64,000 bases of DNA from Octopus sinensis (Eukaryota), in assembly GCF_006345805.1 (NCBI RefSeq), contig NC_043017.1, positions 2,356,001-2,420,000 of the forward strand. The letters run 5' to 3'. The notes beneath the pieces are model-generated. The model did no database searches and was not told the DNA's origin. It saw only the letters and a program-made list of their open reading frames with translations. Below, in pieces: positions 1-11,921 of the stretch; within the stretch, counting starts at the first letter, position 1, and each line of letters begins with the position of its first letter. A program made the translations under genes and the position numbers.

Positions 1-40
<40 letters not shown>

Positions 41-60
41 TTATATACATATATATATAT
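1..60. repeat. (TA)n microsatellite, the first of many (others e.g. 368-420, 925-976, 4977-5040, 10473-11030, 12518-13000, 18770-18826, 32930-33310, 38950-39360, 42860-42905)
   Basis: Direct inspection; these tracts generate most of the IY/YI-repeat ORFs in the track. Confidence 0.99.
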
Positions 61-367
61 ACTTTTACTTGTTTCAACAGGAAACACAGAAGAAACGGAC
101 CTGATTAAATCGCTTATGCATACATAGATACGGAAAGACAGACATACGAAGTACATACGTACATAGACAAAAATATCTTGTTACTGATGTTGAAATTCCA
201 ATGAAGTTTAGAAACGAGCTTCTTCTCTATTGGCAAGATATCTTGAAATAAAACTGAACAATGACATGGATGTATATGTTCATGTATCTTTTACTCTTAC
301 GATACATACGGGACAGCGGCTATCATTTGGCTGCACGCATGCATACACACACACACAGACAGAGACA

Positions 368-410
<43 letters not shown>

Positions 411-513
411 TATATATATAGAAATAATAAATATTAGGGAATGAATCCAAAATTACAGGGAAAAATCAGATTAGGGTTAATCCAATTTTATAGTAACATA
501 TTTATAATATAAT

Positions 514-626
514 TCGAGACAACCACTATTTTAAAACCAAACAAGAAAAGACTTAATCAATACATAAAATTTTATGTATTGATTAAGTCTTTTCTTGTTG
601 GTTTTAAAATAGTGGTTTTGTCTCGA
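514..626. repeat. Spacer-less palindrome with ~56-bp arms at the end of a TA-flanked repeat fragment
   Basis: tcgagacaaccactattttaaaaccaaacaagaaaagacttaatcaatacataaaa | ttttatgtattgattaagtcttttcttgttggttttaaaatagtggttttgtctcga; centre at 569/570; small indels between the arms. Confidence 0.93.
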
Positions 627-635
627 TATATATAT

Positions 636-698
<63 letters not shown>

Positions 699-730
699 GT
701 ATAGATAGATATGCATATATATATATATAA

Positions 731-877
731 AATTAAGAGGAAGGACCACTAAAATGGACACATAATATGCAAAAATAGATGTCAAATCGCCATACCACGA
801 ACAATGTATGGTGATGGCGATTTGACATCTATGTTTTGCATATTAGGTGTCCACTTTAGTGGTCCTTCCTCTTAATT
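731..877. repeat. Foldback inverted repeat (~67-bp arms, ~10-nt loop); truncated member of the family at 46575-46860
   Basis: aattaagaggaaggaccactaaaatggac...gtcaaatcgccatacca versus tggtgatggcgatttgac...gtggtccttcctcttaatt; the arm aligns with gaccactaaaagtggac...gacgtcaaaatcgcta..taccacgaagaatgt at ~46610-46680. Confidence 0.88.
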
Positions 878-921
878 CTATATGTGTATATATATATGCA
901 TATCTATTTATCTAAATATCT

Positions 922-981
<60 letters not shown>

Positions 982-1648
982 CATGTATACACATATTTTG
1001 TATATACATATGTGTGAGTATATGCGTGCGTATATGTGTGTGTGTACGTGTGGATACGAGTGTGTAACTATGTGAGCGTGACCACAATTACCCATACCTT
1101 AAACCGAGAGTTTCTTACTGCTTTGATGTGCGCTCTGCAGACATCTGTTTTCGACATACAAATTACTAGCGTTCTTAACTCCCAATTTAATTACCTCTTC
1201 CATATTTCAAACTTAAATGTTTACTTTTAGCCAGCGCACACACGCCTCTCGAATACATACATACATACATACATATATACATATATACATATACGAAGAC
1301 ATACACACAAACCCTCACACATACACACAAACACACATATATATAGAGAGAGAGATTCATATATATCTATGCACACACGTATTCATATATACATATATAC
1401 ATGCTTACATAGTGATATATATATATATGTATATATATACATATGTATATATATACATACACGCCCACACATGGAGATAAAGGAAGTGTTAAGTGATAAT
1501 CAATTCTTAAAGCTTTAAATAAAGGCGTTTCCACCAAGGCTTTCGTATCTTCAAAGATATTGCTCTTCGTATATTTCTGTTAACAATCTCCCTTTAATTA
1601 TTTATTTAGAAAAGCCGCAATTTTTAATGAGCTATTAGACATGAAATG

Positions 1649-1691
<43 letters not shown>

Positions 1692-2177
1692 CATACATAC
1701 ACACACATATATATATATATACATATATATATATGTATATGTGTGTGTGTTTATATGTATGTATGTATACATCATACTTGATTGTGTTTGTGTGTGTATA
1801 TGAATGTGTGTGTGTGTGTGTGTTTGTATGGGTATGTGTCTTTGTGTCACTGTTTTACACCACTTTACTCCTTTGGAATAATATCAGTGATGTCTTCGAA
1901 ACATGTGTCGGAAGTAAAAGAATTTGAATAAAACCTGCGTTAAACTCCATTTATATATATATATGTGTGTGTGTGTGTAAGTATATGCGTTTATGCAAGT
2001 ATATATGTATATATATACGTATTTAAATATACATATTATATATATATATATATATATATACATACGTGTATATGTATATATGTATATATCTATATGTATG
2101 TATGTATTTATGTATGTATATATGTATGTAAATATGTATGTATGTCTGGGTTGCATGTTTTTTTTTCTTAACTGAAG

Positions 2178-2298
2178 GCAGAGCTTTACACATTATGTGT
2201 CTACCCAAGGGATGAACAGCTAAGGTTTCGTCTGGAAATTCTTCCACAGCACTTATTTGAATTATATAATAATTTGAATTACATTATCTGTAATGCAG
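2178..2298 (+). CDS. Candidate internal coding exon of an unidentified gene ([40 protein letters not shown])
   Basis: Polypyrimidine tract plus AG (tttttttcttaactgaag), 121 nt with only one frame open, and a perfect donor CAG|GTAAGT at 2298/2299; no homology recognised. Confidence 0.35.
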
Positions 2299-2343
2299 GT
2301 AAGTAATTATATGCCTGATACACACACACACACACGCACACAC

Positions 2344-2377
<34 letters not shown>

Positions 2378-2506
2378 TGCATACTGAAAGTAGTTTTGGC
2401 GAAGCATTGCATAGTCTGACTTGTTAGGGAGTTTTGTGAGGCCAGAAATATTTCGGGAAGTTATAAAATAAGGAAAAGGAAAACAAAAGAAAGTTGCAGC
2501 TTTGTT

Positions 2507-2760
2507 TTGCATTTCGATATTTCGGGGGTTATGACTCCTTCTTCAGGACATATGGACAAAGCGGTATTTGGAAAAGCCGTTGATCAGATGAGTGGGAATA
2601 AAGGAGAAACTTGGAGGAAGAAGGGAGGTGAATGCGCAGACTGGTGTTGGTATAGTAACCACTGTGTTTCCAGTTGTTCATGGCTGGTCTTAATTTTTCT
2701 TATATAGGTGGGGTCTACATGATTCTGTGACTGGTCTTTGTGCCTTAGGTGACCCTATAT
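2507..2760 (-). mobile_element. Penelope-like pLTR-type fragment with a degenerate hammerhead motif
   Basis: Minus strand reads CTGAAGA-A-GGAG-tcataa-CCCC-CGAAA at ~2515-2547; helices I and III are not intact; abuts a TA tract. Confidence 0.45.
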
Positions 2761-3169
2761 ACACACATATACATATATATGTGTATATGTACATAAACTT
2801 ATATATATATCTGTTATGCGTGTGTGTGTGTACGTGTATTTAAAATATGTTTTTCTTACCAAATATCTACAGATTGCAGTGCTGAATTTTGAAACATGAT
2901 TGCTTAATTCAATGTAAAAGGAATTGCAGATGTGAAACTTTCATAAAGTCTAAATTAGAGAATTTTGGTATTACTGCTGGCACTTCGATTCAGCTGAGGT
3001 TCCTGGTTTGCTGACTTAATTCTTCTCAAATGATTTAAATAAGTATTTCCCGAATATATGTAGTGCCTTACAACAGATTAACTTTTTTTTATTTCACTAC
3101 CATTGATTCCTCTGCGTTTGATATAGAACTTGGAAAACTTTTAGGAATTATTACCTCACTATCACACCA

Positions 3170-3530
3170 TCATTATAACCGTCCTCATCATCATCATACT
3201 TTAATGTCTGTTTTCTAGGCTGGTATGCGTTGGATGATTTGACCAGAGTTGGTAAAGAAGGCCAGGGGATGCACCAGTGTAGAGTCTAACTGGCTTGGTT
3301 TGTACGGCTGGATGTCCTTCCTAATGTCAAATATTTTACAGAGTGTACTGGGTGCTTCCTACCTGACGACGGCACAGGTGCTATTACGTGGCACCAGCTC
3401 TGGTGCTTTTTATGTGTCGCCAGTACGGGTGATTTTTTAGTGGCACCTCGGCAGGTGACGTAGCACTGAAAATTCTGCTGTGAAGAGCAGGTCTTTTTGA
3501 GTATAGCAAGGTACGTTTGATAGAATAATA
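3170..3530 (-). mobile_element. Old SINE/non-LTR 3' fragment with a (GAT)n-like tail
   Basis: Minus strand contains aggaaggacatccagccgtac and ends ccaacgcataccagcctagaaaacagacattaaa followed by gatgatgat, typical of RTE-associated tails. Confidence 0.6.
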
Positions 3531-4045
3531 CAAATGGTTAATTTTCTTGGGCCTGTTCTAAATTTTAACCTTGGTCATTATTTCCCCCACCTTAATAAGC
3601 TGAATGTACCTTTATAGAATATAAATAATTTTATCTAAACTAAATCTATAATTATTACATATTCTCGTCAGAAACATCGCAATCAAAATTTTGAATCTCA
3701 ATTAATGAAAGAACATTTAAAGATAATGGTTCCTATTTTAATGAGACCTTAATGAGAAGTGATGATCACGAGAAGATAAAATATATACCTAACACAAAAT
3801 TAATGAAATAGCTGAATATAATTTTGTAATTTTTAAACTAACATCCACATGTGCCGTAATGATGAAAACGATGTCGTTTCCTCCATAACTGCAGATAATA
3901 TTCTTACATCAAAACATCAGTATTTCTCGTTTTGAAATACTTTTAAGAACAATTTACATCAATATCAAGTTGAAATATTGTCGAGTAACAAGTGTAACAA
4001 GTGTAAAAATCCTGCCTGAAATTTTGAGACAGAGAGAGAGAGAGA

Positions 4046-4408
4046 GTTGGTTGATAACATCGGCCCCCAGTGCTTAATTGGTACTTATTTTATTGACCCC
4101 GAGAAGATAAGAGGCTAAATCGACTGCGGTGGCATTTGAATCAAGACCACGAAATCGGAAGAAGCATCGCTAATCATTTTTTCCGGCACGGTAATGGTTT
4201 TGCCAGCTACAATAATAATAATAATGATCAAAATAATAATAATAATTTTTGCGGCATGGGCAGCTTGGGGGTGGAGATTAAGTCGATTACATCGACCCCA
4301 GTGCGTAACTGTTAGTTATTTTATTGACCCCGATAGGATGAAAGGCAAAGTCGACCCCGGCGGAATTTGAACTTAGAGCGTAGCGGCAGGCAAAAATACC
4401 ATTAAGCA
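4046..4408 (-). mobile_element. Two adjacent degenerate copies of tRNA-headed SINE family A, separated by an (AAT)n tail
   Basis: Match to the intact copy at 45104 (B-box gagttcaaattccgcc; gtcgactttgcctttcatcct; cagttacgcactggggtcgat). Confidence 0.85.
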
Positions 4409-4550
4409 TAGATACTTCCTTTTTAGTATCTTTGTTTCTTTTACACCCCCATATATATTTTTTTCTCCTTCTGTTCTTTTCTCTAGCCAGTCAGCTTCCT
4501 TGACCTACCCCGCTTTCATTCCTACTACTATAGAAATTTGTTTGCAACAG

Positions 4551-4789
4551 TTAGATGCGAACTTAACCGTGATCTGATTGGCATCTTTCTTCATGTTTCC
4601 TGGAATTTATATCCACATCTTTATGAGTATATTTACCTTCTCTGGGATGTCACTAATGAATTTAAGAACTTTGTATTGTTGGAAAGCATATATGGTCTGC
4701 TTGGAATCTTGCCTCAAGTTCCTGGAGCTCACATCTATAACTTTATAAGTATATTTACACTCTCTAAGATGTTTGGAAAACCTATATGA
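4551..4789 (+). CDS. Candidate terminal exon (VRCELNRDLIGIF...KMFGKPI*), phase-compatible with 2178-2298
   Basis: tttgtttgcaacAG acceptor at 4550, ~79 open codons, TGA at 4787-4789, AATAAA at 4842-4847; no homology recognised; may be a chance ORF. Confidence 0.2.
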
Positions 4790-4969
4790 AATTTAGCTGA
4801 AGATTACTTGACATTATATTTGCTGTAATATTTGCAGCTTTAATAAATTGTTATAGCATGAAACAATTGTACTAAACTACCGATCCATTCTTGTTGCTTA
4901 TTATTTTTTGGTTATATATTGTTTTCCACCTGCCTTCGTCTTTTGTTTATTTCATAAAGCTTCCCGTTA

Positions 4970-5034
<65 letters not shown>

Positions 5035-5043
<9 letters not shown>

Positions 5044-5456
5044 TGGAAGATCCTGGAAGGAATTGTGCCAAATTTTGGCATTGTAAGCTACACCAATGCT
5101 AGAACGGGACGACACTGCATAGTGCCAAAGATCCCAGTAATGCCATCACGCTTCAGGACCAGTTTCTGCAACAGCCTGGGTTTCAAGGGCCCACAGCTTT
5201 TTAATATTCTCCCAAAGAGTCTGAGGAACTTGCACAAAGTAGATGTAGCGGTTTTTAAATCAAAGCTGGACATCTTCCTGTCAAGAGTCCCAGATGAACC
5301 TACCTCACGGCAAGAGGTGCAAATGAGAGTAGCTCTATCAAACTCCATTCTTCACCAAGTGCCACATATTAGACGAGGTTCTTCGCAATAACAGTGTAGC
5401 ACAAAACCGCGGTGCATCAGCATGGCCGCAGCTCTGAGCTGAAACTAGAAGAAAAA
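5035..5456 (+). mobile_element. 5'-truncated CR1/L2-type LINE: C-terminus of the RT ORF plus 3' UTR
   Basis: Open frame IYVWKILEGIVPN...GPQLFNILPKSLRNL...FKSKLDIFLSRVPDEP...SNSILHQ* (stop 5389-5391), a typical CR1-clade C-terminus; tail gcggtgcatcagcatggccgcagctctgagctgaaactagaagaaaaa. Confidence 0.9.
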
Positions 5457-5529
5457 TATATATATATATACACATAAATATATGTATGTATGGGTGTGTG
5501 TGAGGGGAGAGAGAGAGACGGATAGAGAG

Positions 5530-5590
5530 AGTAATTCCTCGACTATCGCAGGTGGTACAGCGATAAGTGAAAATCTGCGAAGCAGAAACA
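5530..5590 (+). mobile_element. Tigger/pogo (Tc1/mariner) TIR remnant
   Basis: gtaattcctcgactatcgc...gcgataagtgaaaatctgcgaagcagaaa; a related copy lies on the minus strand at 41036-41110. Confidence 0.6.
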
Positions 5591-5955
5591 ATGATGTACA
5601 GTAAGTTATGTTTTTTTATTATTGTTATAACTTGTAAACATTTATTTTATTAGAGATGCAAGCCAACACCACAGAGGAATCGACGTAAGCTTAAATAATA
5701 ATGCAATTGTAGGGAACTGCGACAAGTGAGCCGCGATATGGCGAGAGATTACTATATATATATATATATATATATATAATGTAAACGCACACACAGACGG
5801 ACAATACAAACATATACACATACGTATATTTTATATATTTGGGTTTCCCTGTCTTCTATGCATGCTTAGGCAGTTGTGGAATAACCATTATTCTTTCCAT
5901 ATTCCACAAACTGTTTAAAACGTTACGATTAACTTCCTCGTTTTTCAGTTATATA

Positions 5956-6347
5956 TCTCTATATATATAAAACTGAAGTTGTCTGTGTATGGCAGGTTTG
6001 GTAGCCTTCAACTAACACTATCTCCTCCGAGACCCTGCGGCTCAAGTTGACCGAAATTGAGAGTATGATAGAAGAAGGCTTACTTTTCCTTCCGTAGAAG
6101 AAAAAATTCAAATCGGATCATGGTAACACCAAAAATTATTTACATCAAAAAAAGCATTGTTTTCTATGAAAATCCCTATTTTTTACGATTTTTTTGACTG
6201 CTGTGTCGCCATTTTTCGGTGTATTTCAACCAGAAAAATGTTACTTAAAGAGAATAACAAGCTACATAATGCAAAATTTTTACTTTTCAAAAATTTCAAT
6301 TCTAAAGGGTCGAAACAAACCCGTGCAACGCCGAGCGATACTGCTAG
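5956..6347 (+). mobile_element. Non-autonomous Helitron-like element
   Basis: A|TC 5' end (tctctatatatataaaactg), subterminal hairpin cccgtgcaacgccgag ~10 nt before a 3' CTAG|T end, and no TSD. Confidence 0.75.
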
Positions 6348-7169
6348 TTAACTATAAAAAAATATTTTAGTACATAAACATTCACAGAAGAAAACATAGG
6401 TGTGAGTGTGTGTGTGTGTGTGTGTTTGTGTGCGTTATCAAGGATGTTATTAACCGGATATACATGTTTAACTTTATTTAGATTTTCAAGCTGGTTTCAA
6501 TGATGAAAAACGTCATTTAAACAGACCTTAAAATTCCATTACTGCTAACCACAATTAACATACACAGATTCCTTATAATTACAAATTGCAAATTTCTTTC
6601 AGCTTCCAGCATGTATTTCGTACATTTCCTTATATTATGATAATTTTCTTTTTCAAAAAATAAATCGACTTTTCAATCATACTAAACCATGCGGCGATAA
6701 AACGCTTAGTTTCACTATATTATATTTCATAAGTTATCATAAAAACTGTCGGTAACAGAATATTTTTCATTAACTTTTACATTACCAAGTTAGTACATTC
6801 ATCATACTCTTTATTTCTTTTAAACGATTTGCCATCTGGTCATTAATTAGTTCTACTTGAATAAAACTTTAAGATAAAAAGGAAAGCCTAATTTTAGCCT
6901 AATTTAATAGTACCCCCATCTCCGTCATAACCCCTTTTTCTATACATGTATGTAGGCTTCTAGGAGTGTGTGTTTGAAGAAAAATATGGATACATATATA
7001 GTTTAATGAACAGCACGATAAACGGAAACTATTTAAAGTATGCAGTAAACAATAATATTTCAGAAATTGTAATTTTACATAAACTATAATTTGTTTTAAT
7101 TTTCCTCGTTATAAATCGTATACGTCTATTTAATATGGCGGAATTTTCTATCATATAACAAAATCCAGT

Positions 7170-7335
7170 AATAACAACAACCACGATGATAGCAACAACA
7201 ACAACAACAACAACAACAATCATAATAATAATAATAATAATAAAGATAATAATAATAATGATAATAATAATGATAATGATAATAATAATAATGATAATAA
7301 TGATCATGATAATAATGATAATAATAATAATAATG

Positions 7336-7369
<34 letters not shown>

Positions 7370-7525
7370 TCCCTTCTGCTAAAGACACAAGAGCCTGAAA
7401 TATTGGGGGAGGGAGTAAGTCGATTATATCGACCCCACCCAGTACCCAACTGGTATTTGATTTATCGACCGTGAAAGGACGAAAAGCAAAATCGACTTCG
7501 GCGGAATTTGAACTCAGAACGTATA
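7170..7525 (-). mobile_element. SINE family A 3' part with a long (ATT)n/(GTT)n tail
   Basis: ttcggcggaatttgaactcagaacg B-box region at ~7497-7522; AAT/AAC tract at 7170-7368. Confidence 0.85.
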
Positions 7526-8074
7526 CAACGGGGTATATTAAATCAATTATATCTCCCATCTCTCGCTGCTTCTCTACAGATGTGCTGCTCTGCTCCAATG
7601 CAAGACACAGATTGATAACTTATTATATCACATCAGTACAAGTCTTACACTTGGGTGGTTTCCGTTATGCGCATACGTCAGCATATCGTGGGCCGACAGT
7701 TAAAACTTGATGTTTCAATTCATTCGGATTCTCGTCCCTCGCAGGAATACAAACTTTTGTAAACAAATATATTTTTGCCAACGCAGTAAACCACCAATCG
7801 TCTTCTCGAATTTTCTTTTTCATTTGCTGACCTTTTACACTTCTATTTAAGACATTGCCCCGGAACTTCCTTGACCTTTGCTGATTTTTTGCTGACGGAT
7901 AACTTACCTTAGCTATTTCTCTCGCTCAACATATTTAAATATTAAGATACATTTGTTTATCGTCACTCAGTTTCATTTTCTCCATCATAATACGCTTAAG
8001 AGCATTTTCTTCATCAGTAATCAACAGAGCTTTCGCGCTGTTTTCTTATTTTTCTTTTCTTTTTTTTATATTAC

Positions 8075-8413
8075 ATGGCTCCAGATAGCTCTTTTATGCT
8101 GGAGCACCGCCTTTAATCGAGCAACTCGACCCCGGGACTTATTCTTTTTGTAAGCCCAGTACTTATTCTATCGGTCTCTTTGCCGAACCGCTAAGTAACG
8201 GGGACATAAACACACCAGCATCGGTTGTCAAGCAATGCTAGGAGGACAAACACACACACACGCATATATATATATATATATACATATATACGACGGGCTT
8301 CTTTTCAGTTTCCGTCTACCAAATCCACTCACAATGCTTTGTCACGCAGTGGGACTGAACCCGGAACCATGTGGTTGGTAAACAAGCTACTTACCACACA
8401 GCCACTCCTGCGC
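8075..8413 (-). mobile_element. SINE family B with an internal deletion
   Basis: Head ggcgcaggagtggctgtgtggtaag...ccgggttcagtcccactgcg; body tttggtagacggaaactgaaa; tail ggcggtgctccagcat. Confidence 0.92.
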
Positions 8414-8549
8414 CTGTGAAAATAATTAACAAGATTGTAAAGATTTAATAGATATCAGCCGAAACTGATGCTATCGGGAACAGAAATCAAGCAGCAGTTA
8501 ACATAGCATCTTATAATAGACCAATGGGTATTGCTTCTCTATCATTTAA

Positions 8550-8638
8550 GGCGGCGAGCTGGCAGAAGCATTAGCCTCGAGTCGACCAAAGCCTTGAGTG
8601 AATTTGGTAGACGGAAACTGAAAGAAGCTCGTCGTATA
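8550..8638 (+). mobile_element. Chimera of a SINE A head and a SINE B body
   Basis: ggcggcgagctggcagaagcaTTAGC joined to ctcgagtcgaccaaagccttgagtgaatttggtagacgg; tagc microhomology. Confidence 0.75.
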
Positions 8639-8782
8639 TATGTATATATATATATATCAAAAATAAGGGTGAAAAAATTGGATATTAATTTAATAATACC
8701 ATCAATTTAACACCAAGTGGGTAGCGCATAAAAACCAGGGATACAATAAAAATTTATACACAAATATAAGCGAGTGTCCACT

Positions 8783-8933
8783 ATGTGGTCGACTCTTGCG
8801 CTAAAAATACATTTTTGTTATTTTTCATTTGCCCTGCTCGTTTACGTTAAAAGTTGTGCTAATTCTCCTTGGAAACAATTTTTGGTGGTTGAGACCATAG
8901 CAGATCTATTTTTAGCGCAAGAGTCGACCACAT
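8783..8933. repeat. 27-bp inverted repeat with a ~97-bp spacer within a TA-flanked element
   Basis: atgtggtcgactcttgcgctaaaaata versus tatttttagcgcaagagtcgaccacat. Confidence 0.88.
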
Positions 8934-8938
8934 TGTTG

Positions 8939-8971
<33 letters not shown>

Positions 8972-9110
8972 GAGGGGCATAATTATACATACATGCCAGG
9001 AGGCATTATATATACATGCCAAACGCTAAGAGGGACAATCAGTCATTTCTACCAAAAAGTACTAATCCCACCGAATGCAACTTTTCAAAGTAAGACATTT
9101 AAAATATATA

Positions 9111-9156
9111 GGCCTGTATCACAGTGATTTCATACTTACGTAATCATCAGCAGGCC
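9111..9156 (-). ncRNA. Minimal type I hammerhead ribozyme
   Basis: GGCCUG-CUGAUGA-UUAC(GUAA)GUAU-GAAA-UCAC(U)GUGA-UA^CAGGCC: 6-bp helix I, canonical core, U.U at 10.1/11.1, near-palindromic helix III. Confidence 0.8.
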
Positions 9157-9216
9157 TGATGTTATTATAAATAAACAACGACCCTGCCTCGCTTAAGCCG
9201 AACAGCTAATACATCA

Positions 9217-9263
9217 GGCCTGCTGATGATTACTTAAGTATGAAATCACTGTGATACAGGGCC
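9217..9263 (+). ncRNA. Minimal type I hammerhead ribozyme (second arm)
   Basis: ggcctg CTGATGA ttacttaagtat GAAA tcactgtga TA cagggcc. Confidence 0.75.
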
Positions 9264-9581
9264 TATATATTTTTAAATGTCTTACTTTGAAAAGTTGCAT
9301 TCGGTGGGATTAGTAATATTTTTGGTAGAAATGAACTGATTGTCCCTCTTAGCGTTTGGCATGTATATATAATGCCTCCTGGCATGTATGTATAATTATG
9401 CCCTCTATATATAAATTAATATGTTCAATAAGAAATAATTATTTTCGAAATTTTTTCTCTATGAGGTTTTTACGCTATCTACCTGACAATTTCTTGTTAA
9501 GTTTCCTTATTAAGTAGTTGTCCTTAATTGCAAAATAGATATATATATATATATATATTATATATAATATATATATATAAT

Positions 9582-9623
<42 letters not shown>

Positions 9624-9639
9624 GTGTGTTGTGTGTGTG

Positions 9640-9856
9640 TACGTGCTTGTGTTTCTGTGCTTGTCCCGCAACATCGCTTGACAACCGATGCTGTTGTGTG
9701 TATGTCCCCGTAGCCTAGCGGTTCGGCAAAAGAGACCGATAGAATAAGTACTAGGCTTGCAAAGAATAAGTGCTAGGGTCGATTTGCTCGACTAAAAGGC
9801 GGTGCTCCAGCATGGCCGCAGTCAAATGAGTGAAACACGTAAAAGAGTAAAGAGTA
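9640..9856 (+). mobile_element. SINE family B, 3' half
   Basis: atcgcttgacaaccgatgctg...ggcggtgctccagcatggccgcagtcaaatgagtgaaacacgtaaaagagtaaagag. Confidence 0.92.
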
Positions 9857-10468
9857 TACATATAGCTCAGTATCTATACATAAATATATGAGTGCGTGTA
9901 TATGTTACGTATTTCTGCGTGTGTTTTGCCAGTCAACTAATAGTCAAGTTTACACCGCGTGTATATCGATTTACACCGAAAGATGTCGCTGCACATAATC
10001 ACACCATCGAAGAAATACTAGAGTCGACATAAACCTACTTGTGTAATCTAACGACTTGTTGATTCGTAATCCTAGTTACCCCTAATCCCCTCTCTTTCCC
10101 TCTATCTATCTTTCTATATATATAGATATAGATATAGATAGATATAAATTCACTTGTGTATCTTTTAACCTTTCGCTCCTTCTCCAGACTCCTTGCCTTT
10201 CGTTCGCATTCTCACTTCTTCTATAAAGCATGGCGTTAGATATAATACAAACACGTGCTGGCAGGAGTATAATACTCGTGTTTGTAACATATAGTTCACC
10301 CGATATCGAGCGATATCGATAATATCTTGTGTTTACCGTTCATCCAACACCAGTCATAAACAATGGCTACCAAAACCCTTCGGCCTTAATCTCTTACTCA
10401 GCCACCAACTTCTCTCCCCTCTCTGATTATCATATTCATACATCACAAATCGTAAACACTCATCCACA

Positions 10469-10520
<52 letters not shown>

Positions 10521-10822
10521 ATATATATATGTATATATAATACATATACATATATATGTTGCATATATATATATAGTATGTAATATTATTATATATATAT
10601 ATATATATATAAATACATATACATATATATGTATGCATATATATATATGTATGTATATATTATATTATATGTATATATTATGTATATATATATATATGTT
10701 ATATATATTATTATTATATATAAATACATATACATTATATGTATGTATATATATATGTATATATATATGTATATATATATGTATATATATATATATATAT
10801 AGTATATATATATATATATATA

Positions 10823-10855
<33 letters not shown>

Positions 10856-10936
10856 CATATACATGTATATGAATATGTATATATATATATATATATATTA
10901 TTTATATATATATATATATATATATATGTATTTATT

Positions 10937-10968
<32 letters not shown>

Positions 10969-11535
10969 CATATACATGTATATGAATATGTATATATATA
11001 TATATATATATATGTATTTATATATATACATATATACGCGTATACATACTCACAGTTGTTATTCTGAATTTCCTTCTCCCTTCGCTTGTTGTTTCCAACT
11101 ATGTCTATTAAGGTTCAAGCCCATCTGAAGCACCATTCGCTTAGTAAAAGTCATGATATTTATCCCGGTTAATTTGAGTGTTTTGGCATTCGAAACACTT
11201 CAACGTGTTTTCTTCATTATTTCTTATTTCTCAACCAAACATTCGATTCAGTTTCCAGTATTCGCTGATATTTTCCAGCTTCTCTTTGCTTTTATATCTC
11301 ACTGAGATATTCTGCACTTCTCCTCCACTTTGAAATGTCATCATCAAGCTTAAGGCCAATATCAAAGAAACGATTTGTTTATTTTATTCTGAAACTTGTC
11401 ATAACAAGTCTTAATGTCTCTCGCTTGCAAGTAAATAAATTAATAATGATAATAAATATTCATTTGAAAAGCAGGTATGTGTGTTCGAATATCAGCAAAC
11501 AACACTGAGTCTGTTTTCAGTTTATAGTTGTTGAT

Positions 11536-11921
11536 TGGAAGCACTCCGTCGGTTACGACGATGAGGGTTCCGGTGGATCCGAATCAACGGAACAGCCTGC
11601 TCGTGAAATTAACGTGTAAGTGGCTGAGCACTCCACAGACACGTGTACCCTTAACGTAGTTCTCGGGGATATTCAGCGTGACACAGAGAGTGACAAGGCC
11701 GGCCCCTTGAAATACAGGTACAACAGAAACAGGAAGTAAGAGTGAGAGAAAGTTGTGGTGAAAGAGTACAGCAGCGATCACCACCATCCCCTGCCGGAGC
11801 CTCGTGGAGCTTTTTTATGTGTTTTCGCTCAATAAACACTCACAACGCCCGGTCTGGGAATCGAAACCGCGATCCTATGACCGCGAGTCCGCTGCCCTAA
11901 CCACTGGGCCATTGCGCCTCC
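11536..11921 (-). mobile_element. Full-length tRNA-derived SINE family C
   Basis: Head ggaggcgcaaTGGCCCAGTGGttagggcagcggactcgcggtcataggatcgcgGTTTCGATTCccag with clear A and B boxes; other copies at 15303, 21520, 24130, 35130 and 39624. Confidence 0.92.

Larger units (their letters stand above)
8964..9412. mobile_element. Inverted pair of ~200-bp Penelope-like pLTR-type arms with a 48-bp spacer, each carrying a hammerhead
   Basis: Arms 8964-9162 and 9211-9412 are near-identical reverse complements; adjacent to (TA)n. Confidence 0.88.

Noticed and set aside
1520-1570. Minus-strand TTGAAGA...GGAAACG hammerhead-like remnant
   Set aside because: The core and helices are too degenerate to call
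5552-5684. Two apparent phase-compatible mini-exons (5552-5600 and 5654-5684) with GTAAG donors
   Set aside because: The first lies within a Tigger/pogo TIR remnant (also at 41036-41110), and the intervening intron would be only 53 nt
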